From the NCBI GenBank assembly GCA_964188305.1, contig OZ076888.1: DNA of 64,000 nucleotides; one strand, given 5' to 3'. This document shows positions 40,478 through 54,600 of this stretch, in pieces. Within the stretch, counting starts at the first letter, position 1. Each line of letters begins with the position of its first letter. Position numbers and translations under genes: made by a program. The stretch is from Podarcis bocagei. Lineage: Eukaryota. The notes under the pieces are model-generated. The model did no database searches, had not been told where the DNA came from, and worked only from the letters and a program-made list of their open reading frames with translations.

Positions 40478-41664
40478 TTACCTGGATGCCAAACGGGCAT
40501 GATTTTTTGTTGTTGTACAGCAGCTCCATAGGGCTGCTTTGAAGTCAGGAAAGTGTCGCTCTCATTAGGTCTTTCTCTAAATCCCCAGCACCTGCTAATA
40601 GCTTCATAAGGGACAAAGGGCAGGCATGGATGCTGTTTCTCCTCTCACATGAAAGAGATAATGGCAGCTATGTGTAAGAAAGAGAAAAAGAGATTTACGG
40701 GGTGGGGGGTGGGGGGTGGGGAATGGATAAATACTCTCTCCCAGAACAACAATTTGCAGATCTTCAAAGAAACCCAGTGGGGCTGCTAATTAGCAAAATA
40801 AAGACCCATAGGAGAGCATAATTATGTATCTCGCCTATCATGACTCATTTGGGTCTCAGCATCCTTCCTAATGGGAGATGCTGTGGATGGGGCCAAGGGA
40901 TCTTCTCCATACTTGTAAAGCATGTCTTCCACCACAGAGGTATGAGCTCTCTCCTTTGACAGTGTGCATTAAACATTCAGAAAGACAAAATGGAGTGAAT
41001 TGTGATGGATCACATTAGTGGCTGTGTTGAGGATAGGCAACATTCTATTAAAATCTCATTGTATTTTCCTCTACTGCATACTACCAGTTCACCAAATGTT
41101 TCTTCTGAGAAATCTGAATTTTCTCCCTACCCTCTGAAAGTGCTTCATGTGAAAATATGTCAAGCAACAGAAGCAGTAGAGCTCTGGCTGTGCATCACGG
41201 TTTTCATTCCTTCCCAGAGTGCTTCAGAGATTAGCTTCTTTCCCAGAGGCACTCTGGGAAGAAAAGAGAATTGCTTTAGGAAGTGTTTTCTTTTTCTTTT
41301 TAAGAAACAAAACAAGGAAGGTAAGAAGTTCTTCCCCATTCTAAATGCCCCCCATAGTTTGCATAATTTTGTGCTGCCCTCACTGCCCACTTTTGTTTTG
41401 GAAGCCTGCCCCCCAAGAGGGGTCCCATCAAAAAAAACAAGACCAGTCTTATTGTGATTGGTAACAAGGTCTATCTTAATTCCACCCCTAGGCCTGCTTA
41501 CAGTCATATAGTTGGATGGGTTATAGTAAATATATAAAGAGAGCCCACCTATGCTTCAACTCAGTCCAGCTGGGGACCTTCCCTCAATTTGATTGGATAA
41601 AGGTCTTTGCTCCCAAAGCCTGCAAGCTTCTTCAATCTATGCCATGCTAAACTAGCATGAACTG

Positions 41665-41817
41665 TAGGGGCGTAGCCAAGGGCAGCTGAGGGGGAGTTGC
41701 CCCCCCAGCAAGTAAATAAATAAAAATACTTAACTGACCAATCACATCACAGGTAGCTTGGTTCTGCCCTTCCAAGAGAAAGTCTGCCCCCCATCAAAAA
41801 TCCTGGCTATGTTCATG
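41665..41817. mobile_element. Degenerate DNA-transposon MITE
   Basis: ggggcgtagccaagg ... tcctggctatgttc imperfect TIRs; no clear TSD. Confidence 0.5.
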
Positions 41818-42477
41818 AGGGATGGCACATTTTCCTGGAACCTTAAAATCAGACATGGGTGGCTTTTGCACAGTTTAGTTGCAGCTGTGAGTAATGTTCA
41901 AGATTTGGACTAAAAAAATTAAGGCAGCTGGCAAAAGCAGACCCCCAAAACAAAGGGGTTTTGTCTTTTATGGTAACAAAATGATAAACAAACCTACAAA
42001 CTGTGTTTTGGCTCAGCTCTGAATTTAACAATGGGGAAATATGGCTAATGGGGTACACATATACTTATATCCTCACATAGATAGTATTTGGTAATTCAAA
42101 AGAAAAGAAAACAGAATAGGACATAATGCTCTGTTTTGAAGCAATGACTCATTGTTAAAATGATAATGGCTGGAAGTAGCAGAGTACAATACAAGTAAAC
42201 AATTTGCAGTGTCAACAGAAATGCAGTCAGTTGAAAAATTAACCTGAATACATTTCCGTAGAAAGAAAGTAGGATTCCCCCTGCCCTAATCACAGCTAAA
42301 TTCTTCTGAGAGAACCAGTTAGAACGTGGCAAAATATCTTCTGAAACATTGCCAAATACATGCATCAAATTTATTGCAGGAATTTTTTGAACAGGCAACT
42401 TTATTGAGATGCATAGTGACAGCCACTCCACTGAGGATACAAAAACTGGAATTACATTATGCATCTGCATTCTATGT

Positions 42478-42629
42478 GGGAAAGAGCCCTGCCTCAGTGC
42501 TTGGCATTGCAGAAGGGCCCAGGTTCAATCCTCAACATCTCTAGATAGGACTTGGAGAGGGCCTGGTTTTAAATCCTGGAGAGCTGTTGTCAGTCAGAGC
42601 AAATGCTGAGCTGGATGGACCAATACTCA
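42478..42629 (+). mobile_element. Squam3-like SINE
   Basis: gcagaagggcccaggttcaatcc box B region; aaatcctggagagctg...gagctggatggaccaat. Confidence 0.75.
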
Positions 42630-43863
42630 ATGGCTATGAACACATTAGCAGCTGAAGATACAGTGGGATCATTTTCCATGGTTCATTTCAAGTTGCCTTT
42701 GCATGCTGTACACACCAGAGAAAGGCAGGAATGTCTTCATCTGGTGCACATTACAGGTTTGGTTTCCCTGTCACTGCAGTGCCCTGAACTCATGAAGCTG
42801 TCATCTGCATATGCACTGTTACCTGCACATGGGCTATGGCTTTCTAAGAAGTACACACCTCAGCTGAACTGTGAGGTGAATGTAGCGTTTACCTTGTAGC
42901 AGCAGAAAAGTAAAATAAGATGTGTGAACTAGTTCTGTATATGGATGAAATTTTAAAAAACAAAAACAAATTGGAAGTACAATTTTTATTCTGCAATAGC
43001 TATGGGATTCACATAACTCAGTAGGACTCTCAGCAACAAAGAAGTAAAACGTAATGGCTTATATGATTTGCAATGAAGCCTGGGCGCTGTTACTTTGCTT
43101 GCAGCTCCCAACATATTTTAAAGGTCATGATCTGGAACCATGTGCATGCAGGACTTATTTCTCATTGTCCTTCAGTTTGTCAGGAAATCTTGCATGCATC
43201 AGCCTATTGGGCCTAGTAGCTGTTAGTCTGGGAGTCTCTCTAAGCTTGTGAGGCAGCTGTTATAAATTGAGAGAAGAAGGGCTGGAGAAAGGAGGATGAG
43301 GAAGGAGCCTGCAGGTTCTATCTAATGATATTAGCAGAACCAGAGAAAGAAGACACTCAAGGGCAGAGAAGAAGTGTAGCTACTGGAGACAGCGTTTGGA
43401 GTTCCTTGTTGGCTAAAATAAACAGAAGCCAAGGTCTGTGTCTGATACTGTACAGGAATGCTTTAGACAGAAACTAAGGTGGTGGTGGTTATCCTCTTTT
43501 TTCTCCTTTTTTCTCCATATGTATGTACTGCACCCCTGAGGCCGCAAACATCCAAACAATAATACCAGATATTGTGAGGAGTCATCCTGTTTCCTTTGTA
43601 AGCTGACAGAAGTCAGTGCTGAAGGTCTGCACTGCAGGCCCTACTGACTGCAGTGTAACATGAACCAATTTAACCCACCAGCTGAGTTGTGCTTAACAGG
43701 CAATGTTGGTGAAAACTGGAGAAGCCTGGAGTTTGAGAGGTGCCAGTTTTTGGCAGCTAAAGTTTGATGAGGAAGCAGGAGTAGATGGATAACGTTTTGG
43801 TTGATCAAATGGTGTGCACTAGTGTGTTGCTCAGTTGGGATTTACATTGGTGCAAGGGCATTA

Positions 43864-44109
43864 CAGTCATACCTCGGGTTGAAGTAGCTTCGGGATAAGT
43901 ATTTTTGGGTTGCACACTGCGGCGACCCAGAAGTAACGGAGCGCGTTACTTCCGGGTTTCGCCACTCGCGCATGCACAGACAGTCAAAATGACATCACAT
44001 GCATGCGCGAAAGTGGCGAATCGCGATCTGCGCGGACACGGGTTGCGTTCGCTTCTGGATGCGAACTGGCCTCTGGAACGGATCCCATTTGCATCCAGAG
44101 GTACCACTG
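43864..44109 (+). mobile_element. Family B MITE (copy of 6555-6806)
   Basis: TA|CAGTCATACCTCGGGTTGAAGTAGCTTCGGG ... CATCCAGAGGTACCACTG|TA. Confidence 0.9.
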
Positions 44110-44213
44110 TATTAGTTACCATATAGTAGAGAAGAACTACTGACTCCTATGGAGAAATCACCAGTGATACAAGGTGTAAGCAAGGAGAAAGTCATGTTTT
44201 GGGTTCATTTAGT

Positions 44214-44216
<3 letters not shown>

Positions 44217-44287
<71 letters not shown>
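44217..44287. repeat. Compound (TC)n(TG)n microsatellite
   Basis: Direct reading. Confidence 0.95.
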
Positions 44288-44959
44288 ATGGTGTCTGATG
44301 GAGAATTTATACTGTTGGAAAACCTACTTCCCTCCCTCTCATTTGCCTTTGCACACATGGAGCACTTTGCTTTTCATAAAACAATAGAAAAGCTCCACTC
44401 CCTGTTACCACATCAATCTGAATCTTAGAGCAATAACCACAATTGCAGTATTTCTTCCATCTCCAGCAGTTATTCTGCAATTGTGACTTCAGACACTGAT
44501 GTTAAAATGTTGACCTTTTCTTGACACAGCAAGCCTCTGATGTCTAATATTAGCATAGTTATGTTCTTAATAAAAAACGGTACATGATGCTGTGGTAAAG
44601 GTTAGTACCCCTTTGGCTTATCAATGAGCAGCTGCTCACTGACTGTTGCTCCTTTGACAAGGTATACTCTTTAAAAAAAAAGCTGAGGTTTGCTCATAAC
44701 AGAGTTAAAACTATAGATGCATCAATTGTTTTGGCCTTTCCTAAATTCACTCACTGATTGACTTTCATATATTCAATGCGTTTAAATTACATACCAATCT
44801 AGAATAGAATAGAATATTACTATTTTCTTGAAGGTGCTGGGGGGTGGGCAAAGGATCACAATCTCCACTTTAAGTAGAGGGGGAAAGGCCTGTAACAAAT
44901 AGGACCGCAAGCTTTAATTGCCTCAATTTATAATCAGCTAGGGTTGGAATCTGAGGGGT

Positions 44960-45135
44960 GGGGACGGGCTGTTGCTCAGTGGTAAGTTTCCAGGTTCAAC
45001 TCTCAACATCTCTAAGTGGGCCTGGAAATGTTCCCTGTCTGAAACCGTGGGCAGCTGCTGCCAGTCAGTTTATACAATATTGAGCTAGATGGACCATTGA
45101 TCCGACTTGTTGTAAGGCAGGTTTCTATGTTTCTA
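44960..45135 (+). mobile_element. Squam3-like SINE
   Basis: gctcagtggtaag..ccaggttcaa head; gctgctgccagtcagt...gagctagatggacca...taaggcaggtttctatgtttct. Confidence 0.8.
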
Positions 45136-45994
45136 ATGCAGCTTACCTGTGAGTGAGCCACGTTAAATTCAATGGAACTTACTCCTGAGTGGGCATGGCT
45201 AGGATACAACTTTATTTTAACTGGTGACTAATTTTATTTGTTAAATAATTAGGATATGAAAAGGACTATAATCATAGCTTTCTTGATTAGCCATGAATGA
45301 GCTGAAAGTTACGGTTTTGCCTGACAAACCTGAACAGGTGATTAGGAAGTTAAGAAAAATGCAGTATGTTTCTTGGTGGCTGCAGCTTTTGGTATATATA
45401 ATAACACAAGAATTTTACAGGAGAATAATAAGAGTTCAAAATTTAAATACACACATGATTAATTCAGACTTAACAGCAAACCATGGTGTTTTGATCCAAT
45501 AATGCACTGCATTGAGCCATTATGGTTTGTAACAAACCACTGTTGGTCATCAAAGCAGGATTTTATATCAGGACATGGTTTGAATAAACCACAGTTAGCT
45601 GTATTTTAACAATTTAGGAAACTGCAATTTGTTGCAAACTGGAAATGGAAACTTAAGATTTCCTCTCCTTAGGCATACAAGAGTGGGGGAAGGAGAGCAG
45701 ATGAGCTTAAGGGTCACGAAAGTGCTTTGTTGTTATGCCTGAATTTGGGCACGGTGACCAGAGAGGGGTTTTTTGTTTTGTTTTTTTACTCAAATTAGCT
45801 AAAACCAAGGTATCCCTCAGTTACATTTGTTCTCTTTGGGAACCTGTTGCATGATTAATGGTTGTGCTTCCTGCTTTAAACGTTTGCTGACTTTCACTAT
45901 ACTCTGTGTTAGTATTTGTAAATAAAAATATATTACTGTATGTCTCTAGATGTGTCTCTAGTACATTTAGTACTTGAGACACAACTAGTATACT

Positions 45995-46131
45995 CAGGGC
46001 TTTTTTTTGAGCTGGAACTCTCTAGAACTCAGTTCCAGCACCTTTCAGGTGGGTGCCATTGCCATTGTAAGAGAACAAGGGAGGTGTTCACGATGAGTTC
46101 CAGCACTTCTTTTTCTAGAAAAATAGCACTG
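45995..46131. mobile_element. hAT-type MITE
   Basis: CAGGGCTTTTTTT ... AAAAATAGCACTG termini, repeated agttccagcac and 8-bp TSD agtatact/agtacact. Confidence 0.85.
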
Positions 46132-46217
46132 AGTACACTTAGGGAAATTTAACTTCGTTGCTCTGCCCCTACATTTCTTATGCAGATATAACAATATGAA
46201 AATGACCATGATGTCTG

Positions 46218-46299
46218 CTGGAAGCCGCCCAGAGTATCTGGGGAAACCCAGCCAGATGGGTGGGGTATAAATAATAAAATTATTATTATTATTATTATT
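46218..46299 (+). mobile_element. L2 LINE extreme 3' end with an (ATT)n tail
   Basis: Reverse complement of 9276-9335 (ggaagccgcccagagt...ggaaacccagccagatggg.ggggtataaataataa). Confidence 0.8.
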
Positions 46300-49200
46300 A
46301 AGCAGTAGCTTTTGCATGTTGGATCTTTGGTTGTCAGAACTGCTTTGGATAACATTACAAGTTGAACCTTCCATGCACATTCACAGCTTATTTAGTCTTT
46401 TTACTTAACTTTCTGTCTAACTTTTTCATACAGTTGTATAGTGAACTGTTAAATAATCCATCCCAGAGGTGCTTCAGTTCAGAGTAGAGTTAATTAGCTA
46501 TTATTTAGAAATGCATTTCCAAAGTGCTAAATCTTGTAAGTCCTCTTAATCACTGCTTGATGAATGCATTAATGACCCTCTGCTCAACCATATTCTGGCA
46601 CGTCTCTCACCTCTGATATACAAGCAGCATCCTCTTTTGCCCTTGAACTTGAGCATGTGCATAAGTGCAGCCATAGAGACATATAGGCATAGGCAGGTGC
46701 TCTTCCCTCATCCTGCTGATCCTGTTCTCAAAATATGCTTTGGTATGAAAAGCACAGTTTATTCTGGTTCATTTGCTTAGTTAGCTGGTGCTATTTTAAT
46801 TTAGCCCTGAACTGCCTTAGTTGCAAGGAACAGCCATCCATTGTTTAGTTGTGGGCAATTTTAAATCCATCTAAAGATGCTCAATCACAGAAGCCACACA
46901 GATGCATGGTTGAATAATTTTGTCTCACATGTTCCAATTTGGCTTCCTCCATGTCTTAATTAGCATGCTGGGTAATCCTTCTCTGGTTCTGCCTTTTGAT
47001 ACCATTTAAATAATAATAATGGATGCAACTTCCCTCAGATAATTAGTTTGCTCTGCTGTTGTGTATATTTATGAGTACTTCACTCAGTATTATCCAAACA
47101 GAGATGCAAGGCACCAGACAGGTGGACTGATCACCCTGGTATATTTGAAGGGAATGCCAGGTTTGGCTCTCAAAAGGAAATCTCCATTATTTCAATTGGT
47201 GTTGGCTCTGGACAAGGAGAAGCAACCCCCAGCGCAGTTCCTAGGGTACTGGCTCTTCACTTGTAAAAGTATTCTATGCATTGCTTAAAGACAGAATTAA
47301 GTTTAAAGAGAAGTATTGCTCCAATAGGCATGTAGTCCTGTATCTTAAAGGTATGTGAACACAGCAGTAATAAGGTACGCCTTCTGAATCACACCATTGC
47401 TTTTTGCATATGTTTATGTGAACGTACATCAGGCCTTGTTTGGTATTAGGTTTGAATATTAAGAACTGGGTAGGTATTGTAATTTTGCAAGCATCTAGTA
47501 AATTTTGTTGGTAGCATTAGTATATAGTTTGCATACTTGTAATGAATTGATCACTTGTGGCATCTTAATTTGGATTGCAGCTCAGAAACAAAAGGGAAAC
47601 AATTGTGTGTTGGGCCTTATGCCCATTGCAGCAGCTCTCAGTGAAAAAACGGGGCAACCAAATACCTGGGAGTAAATAAAACAATAGCAGCAACAAAAAA
47701 CAAAGCCACCCTTACCTGCTTTACTTAATCCTGCCATTGGGTGTCACTGCTTTTCTTTAAAAAATTAGTTTACTAAATATTTTCAATCTGTGTCAAAAGT
47801 ACCACTCTGCTTCTGGAGCCCCATTTGCAGTCTGAGAAAGCAGGGCAATATTTTTGGCTATGTTTTCAAGAGATGAGGGAGATAAGAAATGCTAAAACAT
47901 TTCAGCCCCTGGAAAGGCTTACCTTAATGAGTGGTGGTGGCAGAAACATTTTGTGTGTGCGTGTGTGCACTCTCTTTCTGTTAACTTACAGTGGTAAGCA
48001 TTGGTAGAACTCAAATCCGTGGTCCTGCAAGCTGCTCCCTGCCGCCAATTCCACAGGGAGATATGTGTGCATCACACTGTGGCATAATTTAACTTTACAG
48101 TGGAGGTTGCCATATTTCTCCCATACAGTGGTGGTTGGTGTCCACTGGGTTTGCAAGCTTGCTAGGGAGCTGTGGGGATGTGGCCAATAGTCACATGGGT
48201 GTGGCCAATTGTGATTTTCTCCCAATCCTCCCTGTTTGCAAAGATGCTGTGGACACATAAGTACTGCAGTTATACAAATACTCAGCACATAACTAAACTG
48301 AAAAATGCCTTACAGGGGCCCCTGTTGTTCTTTGTTGGAAGGAAAGTTCTGTGGCCTCCACCTGTTCTGATATCCTTCTCCTTTGCAATGGAACAATGAC
48401 ACTTTATACAACATTGCAGCTGTATACATTAGGGTTGCCATATTTCAAAAAGTAAAAACCAGGACACCAAAATTGTTGAGCTTCTTTTAGAAAAAGCCGA
48501 AAGTTGTTGAGCTTACACTCCTAAGTGTTTTTACAAAAACACTCCTAGGCCTGGCTGCCTAGGTATGCCCTTCAAGGAAACAGCTCAGAGCATGCTCAGA
48601 ACATATACTTCCAGTTTAATTGACTCCCCCACCCCAATTTGTTTTAGAACCAAAGTTAAGCAGAGAATGTGTATATATGCATGTGTGCCTAACACAGAGG
48701 TTCCTGTAACGTGACACAGTTTCAGTCTCATTAGTATGAGAAATGCTTTTGAGAATTGAATATCAATCTCAAGAACTGAAGTAATTTATTTAGCAACAGC
48801 TCACTTGTAGGATCCACTTCAGTTTATCCCTAGAAAGGTGAAGGCTCGGATTATAGAGAACTGGGTATCCCACCAGTGCTCTGCAGCAGGTATGTTGGCA
48901 CTTTATACTGATGTGAGCTAATGCACCATCATACTTCAGTGACCACCAGCTTTTGTATATGAGTCGCTTAAATGTTTTAGAAGCTTGGAATCCAAAACAT
49001 GGGTTAGGGTGGGGTGGCTAGAAGAAAAGTCAAAAGTGCATCCTATTGATTTAAATGAGTAAGATTTGCAGTTGCTCCAGATCATGTGTCATCTTCACAT
49101 GCAGAAGCATTGGAGTGACTTCCCTGTGCTATAATCCTACACTGTTCCTGCAACAGGAACATTGCCTTCTCTCTCTGCTAGACAACATGTATGTCAGTAG

Positions 49201-50134
49201 TCTCCCACCCTGCCTGATGAAGCTGTGTAGACTCATATGTTGGGAAAGCCGCTCTCACACCACTGTAGGCACATGTGAATTAGCTAAGTGAGAGTCTGGG
49301 AAGGAGCCCAGGAGACCCTTGATTGAGACACAACAGGTGATAATGGAGAGCTGGAGCTTACTCTAAACCTAGTGAATTAAAATCACATCACTAGGGCTAA
49401 GGCTAGCTCTGTAAATACTCAATTGCCAACCTTTCCATGTTCTCAGAAAATGTGCTGGCTGATGAAGTGAGACTCTCCTCAGTCTAAGCTAGAGTAGCAT
49501 ACTCATTATCAATATCAGGAGAGTTCTGAAGTACCTTATTTGTAGGGGACTGGATAAAGCTAACCCCACAGGACCAGGGATGTAAGCATCACCAGGACAT
49601 TGATTAATGGGCTGGTAGACGTAAATGGGCTATGGAAAAGAGATTACCTGGATCCCTCAGAGAGTTTAGGGTTACCAAAAGCACATTGTTTTCTGGTATT
49701 CAAAATTTGGAAACAAAAAACAAAACAGTTCATGTCCTGATACTGTTAGTCCCAAAATCAACTCTTCATATTGGAATGTCATCCTTAGTACAGAAAATTA
49801 AAATAGATGGTCCTGAAATAATGGTTTTTCATGAATAATTGGATTTCTGCATAAGGCCTGCTTTGTAGGAAAACGGAGTGAAGCATGATCCAGCAGTAAA
49901 ATCCTACACCCGCCCCCCAAAAAGAATGAAGCTATGAATTTACTTTTTCATTATTTTACTCTGCCATATGCAGAAACAGCATCTTCCCATTATGCTAAGA
50001 AAAGGTTTGTCTGAATTTTACCAACAAGATCTTTAAAAATGAAATGAAACATGAAATAAACATTTGTGCTGTTGTTGCTGTTGACTCCTGGGGCACAACA
50101 TATTAAAGCTGGTTTTAGCATATTAATTAATTAA

Positions 50135-50287
50135 TTTTATTGAATATATATACTGCCTTATGCCCAGAGATCTCAGGGCACTTTACAGAACAAAATCAAG
50201 ATATAAAACCACAATATATAATCAAAATAAAAACAACAACCCAATAATACCTCCCAAAAAGAACCGCATTTTAAAAGGCATAGGATG
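50135..50287 (-). mobile_element. L2-like LINE 3' tail; shorter similar tails near 4135-4200 and 23100-23165
   Basis: Recurring tttattgaat.tatatac.gcc...tctcagggc...acagaa motif. Confidence 0.6.
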
Positions 50288-50380
50288 TTCCCATTAATTC
50301 CTCTTCTGTCCCTAATGAACTGTTACAGCTATGCTTTAACTCAAAATTTACATTATTATTTTGCCACCCAGAATACTCTT

Positions 50381-51125
50381 TACTCCAGAATGAGCATTCA
50401 AAATGACCTTAACAGATTGGAGAACTGGGCGCCAGCTAACAAAATGAATTTCAATAGGGACAAATGTAAGGTTCTGCACTTTGGCAGGAAGAACCAGATG
50501 CACAAATATAGGATGGGGGACACCTGGTTTACTAGCAGTATATGTGAAAAGGATCTAGGGGTCTTGGTGGACCACAAGCTTAACATAAGTCAACAGTGTA
50601 ATGCAGCAGCAAAAAAAGCTAATGCTATTCTAGGCTGCATCAACACAAGTATAGTGTCCAGATCAAGGGAAGTAAATAGAACCACTCTATTCTGCATTAG
50701 TCAGACCACACTTGGAGTATTTTGTCCAATTCTGGGCACCACAATTTAAGAAGGATGATGACAAGCTGGAACACGTGCAGAGGAAGGCAGCCAAGATGAC
50801 CAATGGTCTTGAAACTAAGTCTTATGAGGAACGCTTGAAGGAGCTGGGTATGTTTAGCCTGGAAAAGAGGAGACTGAGAGGAGATATGCAAGAAAGGAGA
50901 TTCTGACTAAACATTCGGAAAAACTTTCTGACAGCTGAACAGCAGTGGAACTGACTCTCATGAGAGGTGGTGGACTCTCTTTCCATGGAGGCTTTTAAAC
51001 AGAGGTTGGATGGCCATCTGTCATGGATGCTTTGATTGAGTTTTCTGCATTGCAGGGGGTTGGACTAGATGACCCTTGGGGTCCCTTCCAACTCTAAGAG
51101 TCTATGATCCTATGATTCTATGATT
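50381..51125 (+). mobile_element. 5'-truncated CR1 LINE (ORF2 C-terminus and 3' UTR), frameshifted
   Basis: IQNDLNRLENW...MNFNRDKCKVLHFG...EKDLGVLVD.KLN.SQQC..AAKKANAILGCI and [21 protein letters not shown]...[21 protein letters not shown], followed by an (ATTCTATG)n tail. Confidence 0.95.
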
Positions 51126-51512
51126 TTCCGAAGTGCAGAGTGGATGGTTGAGGCAGAGAAGTAGTTCTGTCTTTACCAACAGTCACACATCTTGCATTAG
51201 GGTTTCTAAAGTGTGGAGTTGGCTTTTTTTTAAGGCAGCACATGTATGTGCTTGGGGAAGAATTAGGTGCCTGAGATTCCACAACAGAATTTTTGGTTCA
51301 GAGGGTAGGAGGCCTATTGTTCTCCTACTTCCCTGTCAAAAGTGGTGGCTGTGTGGGCTGTGCCCCTTAATTCCATATTGATTGACAGTGTTATGTAGGC
51401 TTTCCTTCTTCCTTTGAATTCTGTAACCCATAGACCTGAAAACAGATGTGTGCTCTGCAACCTCCTTTCTCCTAGGATTTGCTTTCCTCTGTCCAGTAAA
51501 GCTTAACTGCCT

Positions 51513-51600
51513 TAAGAACATAAGGAGACCTCTGGATCAGATCAAAGCCTATCTAGTCAAGCATCCTTTTCTCACTATGCAAGGCAGATGCCTATGGAAG
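51513..51600 (-). mobile_element. CR1 3' tail fragment
   Basis: taagaacataag...ctggatcagatcaaag..atctagtc.agcatcc, the reverse complement of the tail type at 33.95-34.02 kb. Confidence 0.6.
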
Positions 51601-54600
51601 ACTTCTTCTGGTATTTGATCTCAACAATTGATTCCCTTGTTGATGTTTGTGGTGGAAGTATCACTACAAAAGAAGTTATTTTCTCCTTTTCTAGTAATTT
51701 GGCAAAGAAGTATTGTGAAGAACCCCCTCCCCCCCAAATGTAGTAAAAACACATGACACAGTGTCAAGAAAAGGGCATGTTTCTCCCAACATCTTTTCAT
51801 GTGCAAATTTTGCCACCTAAGAGCCTTTTCATTTGGCCATGATCACATAAGAGTAAAAACTTTCATAGTGACATTATACCTCAAAAAAGATGGCATGGCA
51901 TCTGTTCAGGGGAGAGCCAGAATATTTCATTGTTTTTTGTTAAGAGATTTGGGTAGAGTTTTGTGATGCAAAGGAATAAATGGTTGCTGTAAACCCAGTA
52001 GCAGTGTACAAGGAGGTTATGACTACAGACACAGCTTTTTTCATCTCTGCATGACAAGCTGCCACCTGCTTCTGCATAGCATTAAAGGCAGAGGAATAAG
52101 CTCTCTTTTTTGCATCTTGGGAAGACGCTGTGTGGAAACCACTGGCCAACTGTTTGTTTGTTGCACAAAATAATGAATAAAGCATGGTTTGATTCTCTTG
52201 AGACAGAGAAGGTTCAACCATTTACAATCAATTTCCATCTCCTGGAACTAATGCTATTTAACTCAGTTTTGACACCCCCCTCCACTTTTTTTTAAAAAGA
52301 TTGTAGACTAGAGTGGTTGGAACGGGCCTGCATAAGCTGCGCCGTCAGCCAGACACTTCTTTCTCAGACTATAGTAATAATTACATGTTCACCTCTGTTT
52401 TATCACTGAAGTTATGCACAAATAAATATTGCCTGCTAGATATCCTTCGGCTGAAAATGCAGTTTCTTAAGGCCTGGGCAATATTTTTCATGTGTTAATT
52501 CTACATAATAAATATGAAACATTATTGATATCAATAGTTCAACTGTTGGGCATTTGAAAAGACACCACTATTCTTAATGGTTTCCTTTTCTGCATTCCCG
52601 ACCCCTACTTACTGGGTTATAAAATGCTATAGCACATTATTCTGAGCAGAGCATTTTTGTATAGGGGTACTTGAGCTTTCTTCAATGTAGTGTTAGCTTC
52701 AGGTATGGTCAGAGACAAAGAAACATGCCTAATGTAAAGTCGCTCTGCCAATATTTGCAATCCATTTGTTACCATATTTGAGTCAGACACATTTTTAAAA
52801 ATAAAATATTCTCATATTGCCACGTCAAAACTGTCCCTGGTTAACACTATGAAATATATGTTCATTGCAAATTTCATACTAAGAATTAAAGACTAGGAAA
52901 ACATTTTCTGTGTGATAATTTTGGGTGGTATTAATTTTTCTCATTTTGTATATGCACAAATGGCATTTCCCACCAATCCAGAGAGAGTGCCTTGACATTT
53001 TTCATATTGCAGTTATAGAAAGTCAATATTTTCAGAACAGATATTATCTGATACAATGTTGGTGCTCTCTTGGCACTAGATATATTCACTTTTATGGTAA
53101 TATTATATCTCAAGAAGAATATTGACTTAGAAAATCACATCTCCTGAGTAAAGTGCGTCATATTTAATCAAGCTGAAATCACTGACTCCTGGCTTTCAAC
53201 AAATGCATGATACTAGTTCACATGAGTAAAATTATGAAGCAGCCTTTCACTTTCTTTCTGCTTATATTCCTGTAAAACAAAAACAACTTTATACCCTGAA
53301 AATCACCTTAAGTGCATTGGTGGTGATTAGATTCTGCAGTTCTTACCTCTGGAAATAGTTCACAGTAATTTTCTTTCACTATCTCCCCATCCCCCCAAAA
53401 GCAAAAATACCCCAGAACATGGATGCTCTTTTTCTAGATTGCTGCAGTGCAACCGCTTTGTAGATACATTCTCTCCCAAGTGGCCAGAGATGGGCAGTGT
53501 ACAAAGCCAAATCAAGTTATGCAACAGAAGTGGTGAAATTATTTGCCACCTTTTATAAACATGCTCCAGTTTGTTTCTGAAGATGGAGGGGAAAGATCTG
53601 TTTTTCATAAAGGAGTAATATGTGGTTGCTAATTATAAAATATTTAGAGGAATTTTTCATTTGGTTATATTTTGCCATGGCATTTAAGGTGGGTTTTATG
53701 GATTACAAGTGTCCACCATGACAACCACCAGTCTATTCTGAACATTGCATCCGTATTAAAATAAACAAACAAGTGTGTCCCTAAAATGCCATTCAGCAAG
53801 GTTATACAAAAGAATCAATTGATTCCCAACTCCAACCCCCATTGATCCATGGACTTTTTCCTAAAAGAGAATATTTCTGGTGTGCTTTTCCTTAGACTGG
53901 GCAAGTATCCAGTTTTCACTGCAAGCTTTTTCTAATTGCTGTGCTGTATTTAAAATGTAGCTCTGCCAGCTTTCTAAATACCCAAAGTGGCAAATTGCAT
54001 ATTGAAACACCACCAAGCACAACGTAGCATTTTTTCAAGATAGAAAAATGACAGATTTAATGCCTCCATTGTCAATCACGTTAATGCCTCTAACACTGTT
54101 GCAGAATGAATTTCCAATGAGCACCCAAGCAAATGTGTGCAGGAAGTGGTTTTGCCTTTGTAACTGTACATTTCAGCTCCTCTAATTGCATCAATAAGGA
54201 ATTTGGTCTCCTCGTTTAATGAATGCCTTTTGACTACTTTCTGAAAGGCAACTGACTGTGAGAAGGGAGAAACACTAGCATCTTTTATATGAAACCACAT
54301 AAACAGCTTTCAATTAGTAGTTATCAACTCTACAAACTATTGTGTTAGAGCACAGTGCAGTGAATCCCATTCTGTTCTACTACCCATCTTTTATTCCTCA
54401 TGAAAGCTTTTATTCCTCCTCTGAACTTCAAATGATTCCCCTGCCCCTGCCCCCACCCTCAGTAGTTCAGGATGTTGCTTTAAACCCACTTGCTTCTGAT
54501 AATGCCTTGCATTCAACAGAAATCAAGCATTCAGCCGCAGTTGTTCCTGCAGCATCTGTAAGCCAAAGCATGTCCTAAAATGTGTATGAGCCTACAACAC

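Noticed and set aside
50285-50906. 154-aa and 64-aa ORFs as a host gene
   Set aside because: Frameshifted CR1 ORF2 remnants.
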